From Candidatus Omnitrophota bacterium (GTDB lineage Bacteria > Omnitrophota > Gorgyraeia > Zapsychrales > JANLHA01), in the NCBI GenBank assembly GCA_020632535.1, contig JACKFJ010000001.1, positions 282,890 to 346,889 on the forward strand: DNA of 64,000 nt, read 5' to 3'. Below are positions 1-8,337 of the stretch, piece after piece (within the stretch, counting starts at the first letter, position 1; each line of letters opens with the position of its first letter). The translations under genes and the position numbers were made by a program. A model generated the notes under the pieces. It made no database searches. It saw only the letters and a list, made by a program, of their open reading frames with translations, and was not told where the DNA came from.

Positions 1-1
1 A

Positions 2-610
2 GACGAAGGATTAGCCATACTCAGTGATGTAAAAAAGAAATTTGGTGTTCCGATTCTCACGGATGTGCATTGTCACTGTGACATGAAAGCGGTCGCAAAA
101 GTCGTAGATATTATTCAGATTCCAGCTTTTCTCTGCCGTCAGACTGACTTGATTGTTGCGGCCGCGAAAACTGGCAAGATCATCAATGTGAAAAAAGGGC
201 AATTTCTCGCGCCGTGGGATATGAAATCTGTGGTTAAGAAGTTGGAAAAAGCAGGTAATCGTAAAATTCTTTTGGCAGAGCGCGGTGTCAGTTTTGGGTA
301 CAATAATTTAGTCACTGATTTTAGGTCGCTTGCGATGATGCGCGATTTAGGGTATCCCGTTGTTTTTGATGCTTCGCACAGTGTTCAGCAGCCGGGTGGT
401 TTAGGGGAAACATCGGGTGGGAAAAGTGAATTTATCCCTCTGCTTGCACGTTGTGCGATTGCGGCGGGATGCGACGCGATTTTTACCGAAACTCATTTTG
501 ATCCGTCTAAAGCGCTTTCCGATGGACCGAACATGATTCCATTAAGTAAATTAGGGCCGCTATTAAAAGATTTACAAGCTATCGATAAAGTTTTGAAGAA
601 AACCAAATAA
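2..610 (+). CDS. kdsA: 2-dehydro-3-deoxyphosphooctonate aldolase (KDO-8-P synthase), 5' end cut by the window edge
   Basis: The frame is open from nt 2 ([23 protein letters not shown]...). [14 protein letters not shown] and FDASHSVQ motifs are typical of KdsA. It is followed by kdsD and kdsC. Confidence 0.9.
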   Translation, partial: DEGLAILSDVKKKFGVPILTDVHCHCDMKAVAKVVDIIQIPAFLCRQTDLIVAAAKTGKIINVKKGQFLAPWDMKSVVKKLEKAGNRKILLAERGVSFGYNNLVTDFRSLAMMRDLGYPVVFDASHSVQQPGGLGETSGGKSEFIPLLARCAIAAGCDAIFTETHFDPSKALSDGPNMIPLSKLGPLLKDLQAIDKVLKKTK

Positions 611-613
611 TGC

Positions 614-711
614 TTAAAGACTATTGATAAATTTTTAAGGTGAATTGAACGCACGCTCCTGCGAAGCAGGAGACCGTTCATTGAGCCGTAAAATTTATCA
701 ATAGTCTTTAA
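614..711. repeat. 98-bp nested palindromic element between kdsA and kdsD
   Basis: Perfect 22-bp inverted arms TTAAAGACTATTGATAAATTTT (614-635) / AAAATTTATCAATAGTCTTTAA (690-711). Inner arms TGAACG/CGTTCA (646-651/675-680). Central hairpin CTCCTGC-GAA-GCAGGAG (656-672). Confidence 0.85.
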
Positions 712-724
712 AGAGAATATTTTT

Positions 725-1681
725 ATGCTTAATAAAGCCAAAGAAGTCATCAATATCGAAGCACAGGCGATTAAGAATTTAGCAAAAAAACTCGACGCTA
801 ATTTCCCAAAAGCTGTTGACCTTATTGCCAAATGCCAAGGTCGCGTTGTCGTAACCGGCATGGGTAAGACTGGGATCGTTGGTCGCAAGATTGCCGCAAC
901 GCTTTCATCTACGGGAACACCCAGTATTTTTATGCATAGTGCGGAAGGATTGCACGGGGATTTGGGTCAAGTCACACGGTACGATGTGCTTATTGTTATT
1001 TCCAATAGTGGTGAAACTGAAGAGACCGTTCGTCTTTTGCCCTTGATCAAGCGAATCGGTGTTAAAACGATTGCAATTACTGGAAATATTAAATCAAGTT
1101 TAGCCAAATACAGTGATGTGGTTTTAAATGTTTCCGTTGATAAGGAAGGTTGCCCACTTGGGCTCGCGCCAATGGCTTCAACGACCGCGACTTTGGTTAT
1201 GGGTGACGCTTTGGCCGCTTGTCTGATTGTCAAACGAGGATTTCGTAAAGAAGATTTTGCATTTTATCATCCCGGGGGAGCTTTGGGGCGTCGGCTTTTG
1301 CTCAAAGTTGAAGATTTAATGCGCAAGGGTGATCATTTTCCGAAAGTGCATCAGGATCGTAAAGTTCAGGATGTTTTGTTGGCCATTACAAAGGCGCGTT
1401 GTGGTTCAGCTTGTATTGTGGATGAAAAAGGAAAACTCAGAGGCATTTTTACTGATGGTGATTTGCGACGACATTTGGAGCAAGGACCGGGCGTTTTGCA
1501 AAAAACTGTGAAGACTGTTATGACAAAAAAGCCCGCAATGATTTTGTACAGCAAGTTGGCCGCGGAAGCGTTTGCGCTTTTAAAACAGCGCAAAATTGAC
1601 GAGTTGCCTGTTGTCGATGAAAAAGGAAAGCCAGTTGGACTTTTAGATGTTCAAGATCTTTTAAGAGCGGGGTTAATTTAA
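725..1681 (+). CDS. kdsD: arabinose-5-phosphate isomerase (SIS domain plus tandem CBS domains)
   Basis: SIS motif VVVTGMGKTGIVGRKIAATLSSTG and a C-terminal CBS pair. Positioned between kdsA and kdsC. Confidence 0.9.
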   Translation: MLNKAKEVINIEAQAIKNLAKKLDANFPKAVDLIAKCQGRVVVTGMGKTGIVGRKIAATLSSTGTPSIFMHSAEGLHGDLGQVTRYDVLIVISNSGETEETVRLLPLIKRIGVKTIAITGNIKSSLAKYSDVVLNVSVDKEGCPLGLAPMASTTATLVMGDALAACLIVKRGFRKEDFAFYHPGGALGRRLLLKVEDLMRKGDHFPKVHQDRKVQDVLLAITKARCGSACIVDEKGKLRGIFTDGDLRRHLEQGPGVLQKTVKTVMTKKPAMILYSKLAAEAFALLKQRKIDELPVVDEKGKPVGLLDVQDLLRAGLI

Positions 1682-2202
1682 TGGATTTAGTTATGAAGGA
1701 AAGAATCAAAAAGATCAAAGTTCTGGCTCTTGATGTGGATGGTGTTTTAAGCGACGGGAAAATTATCGTCGATAGCCGAGGAGATGAACTTAAGAATTTT
1801 GATGTGCAGGATGGATTGGGCATGGTTTTATTGCGTAAAGCGGGTTTTAAGATTGTAATTATTACGGCGCGTAATTCTAAGCCGGTTGATTTTCGCGCGA
1901 AGGATTTGCGCGTCGACAAAGTTTATCAGGACGCATATCCTAAGATGGAATCGTATAAACAAATGATTAAGGAGTTTGAGGTCAGCGATGATGAAGTTTG
2001 TTTCATCGGTGATGATCTCCCTGATTTGCAAGTATTGCGACAAGTTGGTTTTGCGGTTGCTGTTCCAAACGGTGTCAAAGACGTAAAAAAAGTCGTCCAT
2101 TATGTGACACACAAAGCTGGCGGTCATGGCGCGGTACGTGAAGTTATTGAATTGATTTTAAAAACACATGACAAGTGGGACGAAATTCTAAAGACTTTAT
2201 AA
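1681..2202 (+). CDS. kdsC: 3-deoxy-D-manno-octulosonate 8-phosphate phosphatase (HAD family)
   Basis: HAD motifs LALDVDGVLSDG and FIGDDLPD. The start overlaps the kdsD stop (TAATG). Confidence 0.85.
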   Translation: MDLVMKERIKKIKVLALDVDGVLSDGKIIVDSRGDELKNFDVQDGLGMVLLRKAGFKIVIITARNSKPVDFRAKDLRVDKVYQDAYPKMESYKQMIKEFEVSDDEVCFIGDDLPDLQVLRQVGFAVAVPNGVKDVKKVVHYVTHKAGGHGAVREVIELILKTHDKWDEILKTL

Positions 2203-2204
2203 TT

Positions 2205-3026
2205 ATGAAGAAAATCATTTTATTAATTCTCGCGGGCTTCATTACGTTGCCGGCTTTTGCTCAGCAGGGTGCTCAGCAGTTTGAGAAGTTTAAATTGCAG
2301 GGTTTTACTGATGCAGGCGCTAAATCATGGGATGTTATTGGAGATACCGCTCAGGTTGATGGTGATCATGTCAACATCAACAATGTCAACGCCAATCATT
2401 ATGGTCAACAGCAAGTCAACCTCACCGCAGAGACGGGACAACTCAATAAAAAGAACGGCAATGTTCATTTGGAAAATAACGTGGTCATTACCGCCAAGGA
2501 AGGCGGTCAGCTTAAAACAGATTATTTGGATTGGGACAAAGAAAAGGATATTGTTAAAACTGACGCGCCTGTGATTATTACGGATCCGGCGCAAGGCATG
2601 ACGGCGACGGGAATTGGGCTTAAGGCGCATCCAAATTTGCAAACAGCGCAAATGCGGGAAGATGTCAAAGTAACGGTAAAATCACAAAAACCAAACGAAA
2701 TTCAATCTGTGACAATTACCAGTGACGGACCAATGGAAATTGATCAAAAAAAAAGCAAAGCCACGTTTACCAAAAATGTTGTCGCCATTGAAACAGACAG
2801 GACATTGAAAGCTGATTTGATGGAAGTTTATTTTGATCCAGTGACAAATAAAATCAAGGAAGCGGTCTGCACGGGTAATGTGGAAATTCTTCAGGGAGGC
2901 AACACCACATATTCGGATAAAGCGGTTTACAATGGCGCCGATCAGACATTGACGCTTGTCGGCCGTCCGAAGCTTATTATGGTTACAGGTGACAAGGGAA
3001 TGATGCCAGCCTTAAAAGCAAAATAA
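2205..3026 (+). CDS. LPS export periplasmic protein with LptC-like and LptA/OstA-like halves in one polypeptide
   Basis: Start moved to ATG 2205, giving MKKIILLILAGFITLPAFAQQ (signal peptide or anchor) right after the kdsC stop. Two successive OstA-type repeat-like segments. Lies directly upstream of lptB. Confidence 0.6.
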   Translation: MKKIILLILAGFITLPAFAQQGAQQFEKFKLQGFTDAGAKSWDVIGDTAQVDGDHVNINNVNANHYGQQQVNLTAETGQLNKKNGNVHLENNVVITAKEGGQLKTDYLDWDKEKDIVKTDAPVIITDPAQGMTATGIGLKAHPNLQTAQMREDVKVTVKSQKPNEIQSVTITSDGPMEIDQKKSKATFTKNVVAIETDRTLKADLMEVYFDPVTNKIKEAVCTGNVEILQGGNTTYSDKAVYNGADQTLTLVGRPKLIMVTGDKGMMPALKAK

Positions 3027-3117
3027 TGAGCAAGAATGCTTGGTTTTTTGAATAAATATTACAAAATTTTTAAAACGCAGTATATAATATCCACTCATTT
3101 GTTTAAAGAAAAGAACT

Positions 3118-3846
3118 ATGTCGTTAAATCTCCTTGAAACTCGAAGTTTGACAAAAAGTTATAATGGTCGGCGTGTTGTTGATGGCTTGAGTATTTCTGT
3201 GGGGCGTTCGGAGATTGTGGGGATTTTGGGCCCCAATGGCGCGGGAAAGACCACGTCGTTTTATATGATTGTTGGGATCATCGCACCAGATTTTGGTCAG
3301 ATTCATTTTGACCAACTGGACATTACCAAAAATCCGATTCATGATCGTTGCAAGTTAGGCATGGGATACTTAGCGCAGGAGTCATCGATCTTTCGCAAGT
3401 TGACCGTCGAGGAAAATATTACGGCGGTTTTGGAAACATTAAATATCAGTCCACGCGAACGCAAAAAGCGTTTGGAGAGTTTGCTTGAAGAATTAAACAT
3501 CGCGCATTTGGCAAAGAATAAGGCGTACACACTATCAGGCGGTGAACGTCGGCGTTTGGAAATCACACGTGCTCTGGTGACAAATCCTTCATTTTTACTT
3601 TTGGACGAACCGTTTTCCGGTATTGATCCGATTGTTGTCGCAGAAGCGCAAGAAATCATCAAAGATTTAAAGAAAAAGGGACTAGGTATTTTGTTGACGG
3701 ATCATAATGTACGCGAAACTTTGTCGATTACGGATCGTGCGTATTTGGTTGCGGACGGCAAACTTTTGATATCAGGAACGGCAGAGGATTTGATCAATGA
3801 TCCTAAGGCCAAACAGATTTATCTCGGTGAAAAATTTAGAATGTAA
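3118..3846 (+). CDS. lptB: LPS export ABC transporter ATP-binding protein
   Basis: Walker A GPNGAGKTT, signature LSGGERRRLEI, Walker B LLLLDEP. The N-terminus is typical of LptB and the gene has lpt context. Confidence 0.9.
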   Translation: MSLNLLETRSLTKSYNGRRVVDGLSISVGRSEIVGILGPNGAGKTTSFYMIVGIIAPDFGQIHFDQLDITKNPIHDRCKLGMGYLAQESSIFRKLTVEENITAVLETLNISPRERKKRLESLLEELNIAHLAKNKAYTLSGGERRRLEITRALVTNPSFLLLDEPFSGIDPIVVAEAQEIIKDLKKKGLGILLTDHNVRETLSITDRAYLVADGKLLISGTAEDLINDPKAKQIYLGEKFRM

Positions 3847-3855
3847 AACTACACT

Positions 3856-3928
3856 TGTCATTCCCGCAATTTCTTAGTGGGAATCCATTTGAGTTTTGGA
3901 TCCCCGATAGAAGTATTCGGGGATGACA
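3856..3928. repeat. 73-bp double-hairpin palindromic element (TGTCATTCCC...GGGGATGACA)
   Basis: Terminal inverted TGTCAT/ATGACA. Hairpin ATTCCC-N13-GGGAAT (3860-3884) and hairpin TCCCCGA-N9-TCGGGGA (3901-3923). Lies between lptB and tig. Confidence 0.65.
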
Positions 3929-3959
3929 GAGGTTTAAAAATTAATAAGGAGTCAGAAAG

Positions 3960-4859
3960 ATGAAAGTTGCTGTTAAGAAAGTTGACGCATTAAAAAGAGA
4001 GTTATCGTTTGAAATCCCAAAAGATCGCGTTGCCAAAGCTCACGCGGAAATCATGCAGGAAATTTCTCGTGTTGCCAAAGTCAAAGGTTTTCGTCCCGGC
4101 AAAGCTCCGCGTCAAATCGTTGAAGCGGAACATGGTGCTTTAGCTCGTGAAGAAACAATTAAAAAACTTATCCCTGAAGTTTATCAGGAAGGTATTACGC
4201 AAGAGAAAATTGATACTCTCGATTTGCCGGAAATTCATGATGTGGAATTTAAGGATGGACTGATTCGTTTTACCGCGCATGTTGATATTAAACCCGAAAT
4301 CAAATTGGGCCAATATAAAGGAATCAAAGTCACACGCAAGAGTTCTAAAGTCACGGACGAAGAACTTAACAAAACTTTAGAGTATTTTAAAAAAGCACAA
4401 GGTGGGGAAAAGGAACAAGATATTAATGATGATTTTGTCAAAGGATTAGGTTATCCCAGTTTGGTAGAATTTAAGGAATCGTTGACCCGTCAAATGGAAC
4501 ATGACAAAGATCGTCAAAATCGTCTTGATGTCGAGCAGCAAATTGTCGACGCGCTTATTAAGGAAGCGAAGTTGGCTGTTCCGCAAAGTTTGGTCAAGCG
4601 TCAACTTGAACATCGTATGCATGAAACAATGCATCGCTTAAAAGAGCAAGGTATGCCCGAAGCCGACATTACCAAACGTGAAGCTGAAATGCGCACGGAA
4701 CTCGAGAAGACATCCGAAAAAGATGTCAAAGTGTATTTGATTTTGGATGCGATCGCGAAAGCAGAAGGTATTCATACTCATAATGAAAAAGAAAGTTTGC
4801 CGGCGAAAGTCATGGCGTTTTTATTAAAGGAAGCAAGCTGGGAAGAAGCAAAAATATAA
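3960..4859 (+). CDS. tig: trigger factor, short form (ribosome-binding N domain plus C-terminal chaperone arms; no PPIase domain)
   Basis: N-terminus contains GFRPGKAPRQIVE (TF signature). At 299 aa the sequence runs from the N-domain linker straight into C-domain-like sequence. SD AAGGAG lies upstream and clpP follows. Confidence 0.8.
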   Translation: MKVAVKKVDALKRELSFEIPKDRVAKAHAEIMQEISRVAKVKGFRPGKAPRQIVEAEHGALAREETIKKLIPEVYQEGITQEKIDTLDLPEIHDVEFKDGLIRFTAHVDIKPEIKLGQYKGIKVTRKSSKVTDEELNKTLEYFKKAQGGEKEQDINDDFVKGLGYPSLVEFKESLTRQMEHDKDRQNRLDVEQQIVDALIKEAKLAVPQSLVKRQLEHRMHETMHRLKEQGMPEADITKREAEMRTELEKTSEKDVKVYLILDAIAKAEGIHTHNEKESLPAKVMAFLLKEASWEEAKI

Positions 4860-4860
4860 T

Positions 4861-4939
4861 CGTTGTTGCGAGGAGCCCCGGTAGGGGTGACGTGGCAATC
4901 TACAAGAGATTGCTTTGGCCTTACGGCCTCGCAATGACA
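4861..4939 (+). repeat. intergenic nested-hairpin repeat, copy a (CATTGCGAG/GGCAATCT family)
   Basis: GTTGTTGCGAGG ... hairpin CCCC-GGTA-GGGG ... GACGTGGCAATCT-ACAAG-AGATTGCTTTG ... hairpin GCC-TTAC-GGC ... CCTCGCAATGACA. Confidence 0.75.
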
Positions 4940-4956
4940 CAATACAAGGAGTCATC

Positions 4957-5568
4957 ATGGAACCGATCTCACAATATTTAGTCCCGATGGTCGTCGAAAA
5001 AAGCGGACACGGCGAACGCGCTTACGACATATATTCCCGCTTGCTTAAAGATCGTATTCTTTTTATCGGTACTGCCATTGACGATAATGTTGCGAATTTG
5101 ATTATTGCGCAGCTTTTGTTTTTGCAAAGTGAAGATGCGACGAAAGATATTAATATTTACGTTAATAGTCCGGGTGGATCGGTTACGGCAGGTCTCGCGA
5201 TTTATGACACGATTCAATTTATCAAACCTGACGTGTGTACATATTGTATTGGTCAAGCGGCTAGTATGGGTGCAGTGCTGTTGGCAGCTGGTACCAAAGG
5301 CAAACGTTACTCGCTCCCGTATTCACGTATTATGATTCATCAACCGTGGGGTGGGGCACAAGGAACGGCCAGTGACATTTCAATTCAGGCCAAGGAAATT
5401 TTACGTATGAAAGAAGAGTTGACCAAGCTTTTGGCTCATCACACGGGTCAAAGCATAGAGAAAATCGCTGCCGATTCGGATCGTGATTTCTTTATGTCCG
5501 CGGAAGAATCTAAGAATTATGGACTTGTTGATGAGGTTTTGTTTACGGTTAAAGATAAAAAGAAATAG
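4957..5568 (+). CDS. clpP: ATP-dependent Clp protease proteolytic subunit
   Basis: Strong ClpP similarity ([28 protein letters not shown]). Start moved to ATG 4957 behind SD AAGGAG; the track start at 4915 reads through the repeat. Confidence 0.95.
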   Translation: MEPISQYLVPMVVEKSGHGERAYDIYSRLLKDRILFIGTAIDDNVANLIIAQLLFLQSEDATKDINIYVNSPGGSVTAGLAIYDTIQFIKPDVCTYCIGQAASMGAVLLAAGTKGKRYSLPYSRIMIHQPWGGAQGTASDISIQAKEILRMKEELTKLLAHHTGQSIEKIAADSDRDFFMSAEESKNYGLVDEVLFTVKDKKK

Positions 5569-5588
5569 TTCGCCGAAAGGAAATAGAA

Positions 5589-6728
5589 ATGAAACGTACT
5601 TTGCTTTTAACTCCCGGCCCGACGCAAGTTCCAGCACGTTTATGTGAGGTTCTTGGGCGCCCGATTATTCATCATCGTACACCACAATTTCAGGCTTTTT
5701 TAAAAGAAGCTGTCGAAGGTTTAAAGTATGTCTTGAAAACACAGAATGATGTTTATGTTTTAGCTTCGTCGGGAACAGGCGCAATGGAAGCCAGTGTCGT
5801 TTCGTTGTTGTCTAGCGGTGATTCTGCCTTGGTCGTTGAAGGGGGCAAATTTGGTGAACGTTGGACTGAGCTGTGCAAAGCTTATGGTGTGAAAGCCACG
5901 GTCATTAAAGTGCAGTGGGGCAAAAGTGTTGACCCTGCTGAAATTAAGAAAGCGCTCGATGCTGATAAAAGCATCAAGGCGGTTTTTGTCACGCACAGCG
6001 AAACATCGACGGGTACCAATTCTGATATCGAAGGTATTGGTAAGGTTGTAAAGAATTGTGCCGCGGTTTTAGTTGTTGATGCGGTCAGTGGTTTGGGCGT
6101 GCAGGATTTACAAACTGATAATTGGCATGTCGATGTGGTGTGTTCAGCCGCACATAAAGGTTTGATGCTTCCTCCGGGGGTAGCTTTTATTTCAGTGAGT
6201 GCGAAAGCGGATGCTCTGATGGCTCAGTCGAAATTGCCAAAATATTATTTTGATTTACGCAAATATAAAAAGGCTTGGACACAAGTCGATACACCTTTTA
6301 CTCCTGCCATTGGCATTGTGATTGCGCTTGTAGAAAGCTTAAAAATGATTAAAGAAACCGGTATTGATAATATGCTTAGCCATTATGCTCGTCTCGCAAA
6401 AGCGACGCGCGCGGCGGCATTGGGATTAGGTTTGACACTTTTTGCTGATGAAAGCGCGATATCAAATGTTTTAACAGCTGTCAAACTCCCTGAAGGTATT
6501 GATGGCGATAAAGTCTTAAAGATGATGCGCGATACACACGGTATTTCTGTGGCGCCGGGACAGGATGCGATCAAAGGGAAAGTGATTCGTATCGCTCATA
6601 TGGGTGTGATTGATGAATATGATATTTTGACCGGCATTGCATGTTTGGAAAAAGTTTTAAAACAGTTAGGGCATAAATTTGAAATGGGTGCGGGTGTTGC
6701 CGCGGCACAAAAGGTTTTGAATCCGTAA
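5589..6728 (+). CDS. class V PLP aminotransferase, probable phosphoserine aminotransferase
   Basis: LTPGPT N-terminus and a SAAHKGL PLP-lysine region typical of the AGXT/short SerC family. Immediately upstream of serA. Confidence 0.7.
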   Translation: MKRTLLLTPGPTQVPARLCEVLGRPIIHHRTPQFQAFLKEAVEGLKYVLKTQNDVYVLASSGTGAMEASVVSLLSSGDSALVVEGGKFGERWTELCKAYGVKATVIKVQWGKSVDPAEIKKALDADKSIKAVFVTHSETSTGTNSDIEGIGKVVKNCAAVLVVDAVSGLGVQDLQTDNWHVDVVCSAAHKGLMLPPGVAFISVSAKADALMAQSKLPKYYFDLRKYKKAWTQVDTPFTPAIGIVIALVESLKMIKETGIDNMLSHYARLAKATRAAALGLGLTLFADESAISNVLTAVKLPEGIDGDKVLKMMRDTHGISVAPGQDAIKGKVIRIAHMGVIDEYDILTGIACLEKVLKQLGHKFEMGAGVAAAQKVLNP

Positions 6729-6748
6729 GGACAAGAAAGGTTATTTTT

Positions 6749-8332
6749 ATGAAGATTTTGATTAGCGATAAACTTGCCAGCGAAGGTATAGAAATTCTCA
6801 AGTCTGTAAAAGAATTTCAAGTTGACTTAAAAACAGGAATGTCGCCTGCCGAATTAAAAGCGATTATTAAAGATTATGACGCTTTAATCGTGCGCAGCGA
6901 AACAAAAGTTACTGCAGAGATTCTCGACGCTGCAGATAAACTCAAAGTCATTGGTCGCGCTGGGGTGGGCCTTGATAATGTTGATTTGGTCGCGGCAACA
7001 AAAAAGGGCGTTGTTGCCATGAATACACCCGCTGGGAATACCACGTCAACCGCAGAACATACGATGAGTTTGATTTTAGCGCTGTCACGTAATATTGCGC
7101 AAGCGGCTGCGTCGATGAAAAGTGGGCGTTGGGATCGTTCAAAATTCAGCGGTGTTGAAATTTATGGAAAAACTTTAGGGATTGTCGGACTTGGCCGTAT
7201 TGGCGCGACAGTCGCGAGTTTTGCAAAAGCCTTCGGTATGAAAGTTTTCGCGTTCGACCCGTTTTTATCAAAAGACGTGGCCGCTAAGATGGGTATCGAA
7301 ATTGTTGAGTTTGAAAAACTCATTAAAGATTCCGACTACATTACGGTTCATATTCCAAAGACGGAAGAGACGACAGATATTATCTCCGACAAGGAATTTG
7401 CTATGATGAAGAAAAATGCTCGCGTTCTAAATTGTGCGCGCGGCGGAATTATCAATGAAGCGGCGTTGGTTAGAGCTCTACAAGAGAAGCGTATTGCGGG
7501 TTGTGCTCTGGATGTTTTTGATGTTGAACCTTTGCCGGCAGATTCGCCACTTTTGAAATTTGACAATTGTATTATGACGCCTCATTTGGGTGCTTCCACA
7601 AGCGAAGCGCAAATCAATGTCGCCATTGAAATTGCTGAAACTGTAAAGAATGCGCTTTTGGGTCGTGGAATCATGAACGCGGCTAATTTCCCATCGTTAA
7701 GTGGAGAAGCTTATACGGTTCTTGCTCCGTATATTGATTTGTCGGAGCGCATCGGTAAATTTGCTGGTCAGTTGATTAATGGCCGTTTAAGCGGCGTAAA
7801 AATTACATATAGTGGCGTGGTTACCGAGTATAAATCCGCTCCGTTAACATTGTCTTTTGTTAAAGGCCTTTTGCTCCCGATTCTCGGTGAGACGGTCAAT
7901 TCAATTAACGCGATCGATGTGGCGCGTGAACGTGGCATTAATGTTCAAGAAGTCCAATCGAACGTTAAAGCTGAATTTGTTAATTTGGTCAACGTTGAAA
8001 TTACGACAGATAAAGAGACATTTACAGTTTGGGGAACGCTGTCTGCGAATCTTCAACCGCGTATCGTGCGTGTTAATAATGTCTACGTCGAAACGATGCC
8101 AAAGGGGCACATGCTGTTTATTAATAATAATGATAAGCCGGGTATCGTCGGTGGGGTGGGGACTGTTCTTGCCGAGAATAAAATTAATATTGCCGGTATT
8201 ACTTTAGGTCGTGAAGCGGCGGGCAAGCTCGCTATTAGTGTCGTAAATGTTGACAGTGAAGTACCACAGCCTGTGATTGAAAAAATCAAAGCTATGCCGA
8301 ATATTTTATTCGTTAAGCTGATCAAAGTTTAA
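6749..8332 (+). CDS. serA: D-3-phosphoglycerate dehydrogenase (long form with C-terminal ACT-type regulatory domain)
   Basis: NAD motif GIVGLGRIGATVA and 2-hydroxyacid dehydrogenase core. 527 aa with a C-terminal regulatory extension. Confidence 0.9.
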   Translation: MKILISDKLASEGIEILKSVKEFQVDLKTGMSPAELKAIIKDYDALIVRSETKVTAEILDAADKLKVIGRAGVGLDNVDLVAATKKGVVAMNTPAGNTTSTAEHTMSLILALSRNIAQAAASMKSGRWDRSKFSGVEIYGKTLGIVGLGRIGATVASFAKAFGMKVFAFDPFLSKDVAAKMGIEIVEFEKLIKDSDYITVHIPKTEETTDIISDKEFAMMKKNARVLNCARGGIINEAALVRALQEKRIAGCALDVFDVEPLPADSPLLKFDNCIMTPHLGASTSEAQINVAIEIAETVKNALLGRGIMNAANFPSLSGEAYTVLAPYIDLSERIGKFAGQLINGRLSGVKITYSGVVTEYKSAPLTLSFVKGLLLPILGETVNSINAIDVARERGINVQEVQSNVKAEFVNLVNVEITTDKETFTVWGTLSANLQPRIVRVNNVYVETMPKGHMLFINNNDKPGIVGGVGTVLAENKINIAGITLGREAAGKLAISVVNVDSEVPQPVIEKIKAMPNILFVKLIKV

Positions 8333-8337
8333 GAAAG

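Noticed and set aside
4915-4956. The ORF track gives N-terminal extensions for clpP (4915), tgt (27763), trpG (44262), trpA (51140), coaE (38392), cvpA (24459), pepF (58136), the Nudix gene (60569), the DUF3108-like gene (49180) and lptC/A (2175).
   Set aside because: The extensions run through repeat elements, palindromes, promoter -10 boxes or the preceding gene, and they lack an SD. Internal ATG or GTG codons with SDs give N-termini that match the respective families.
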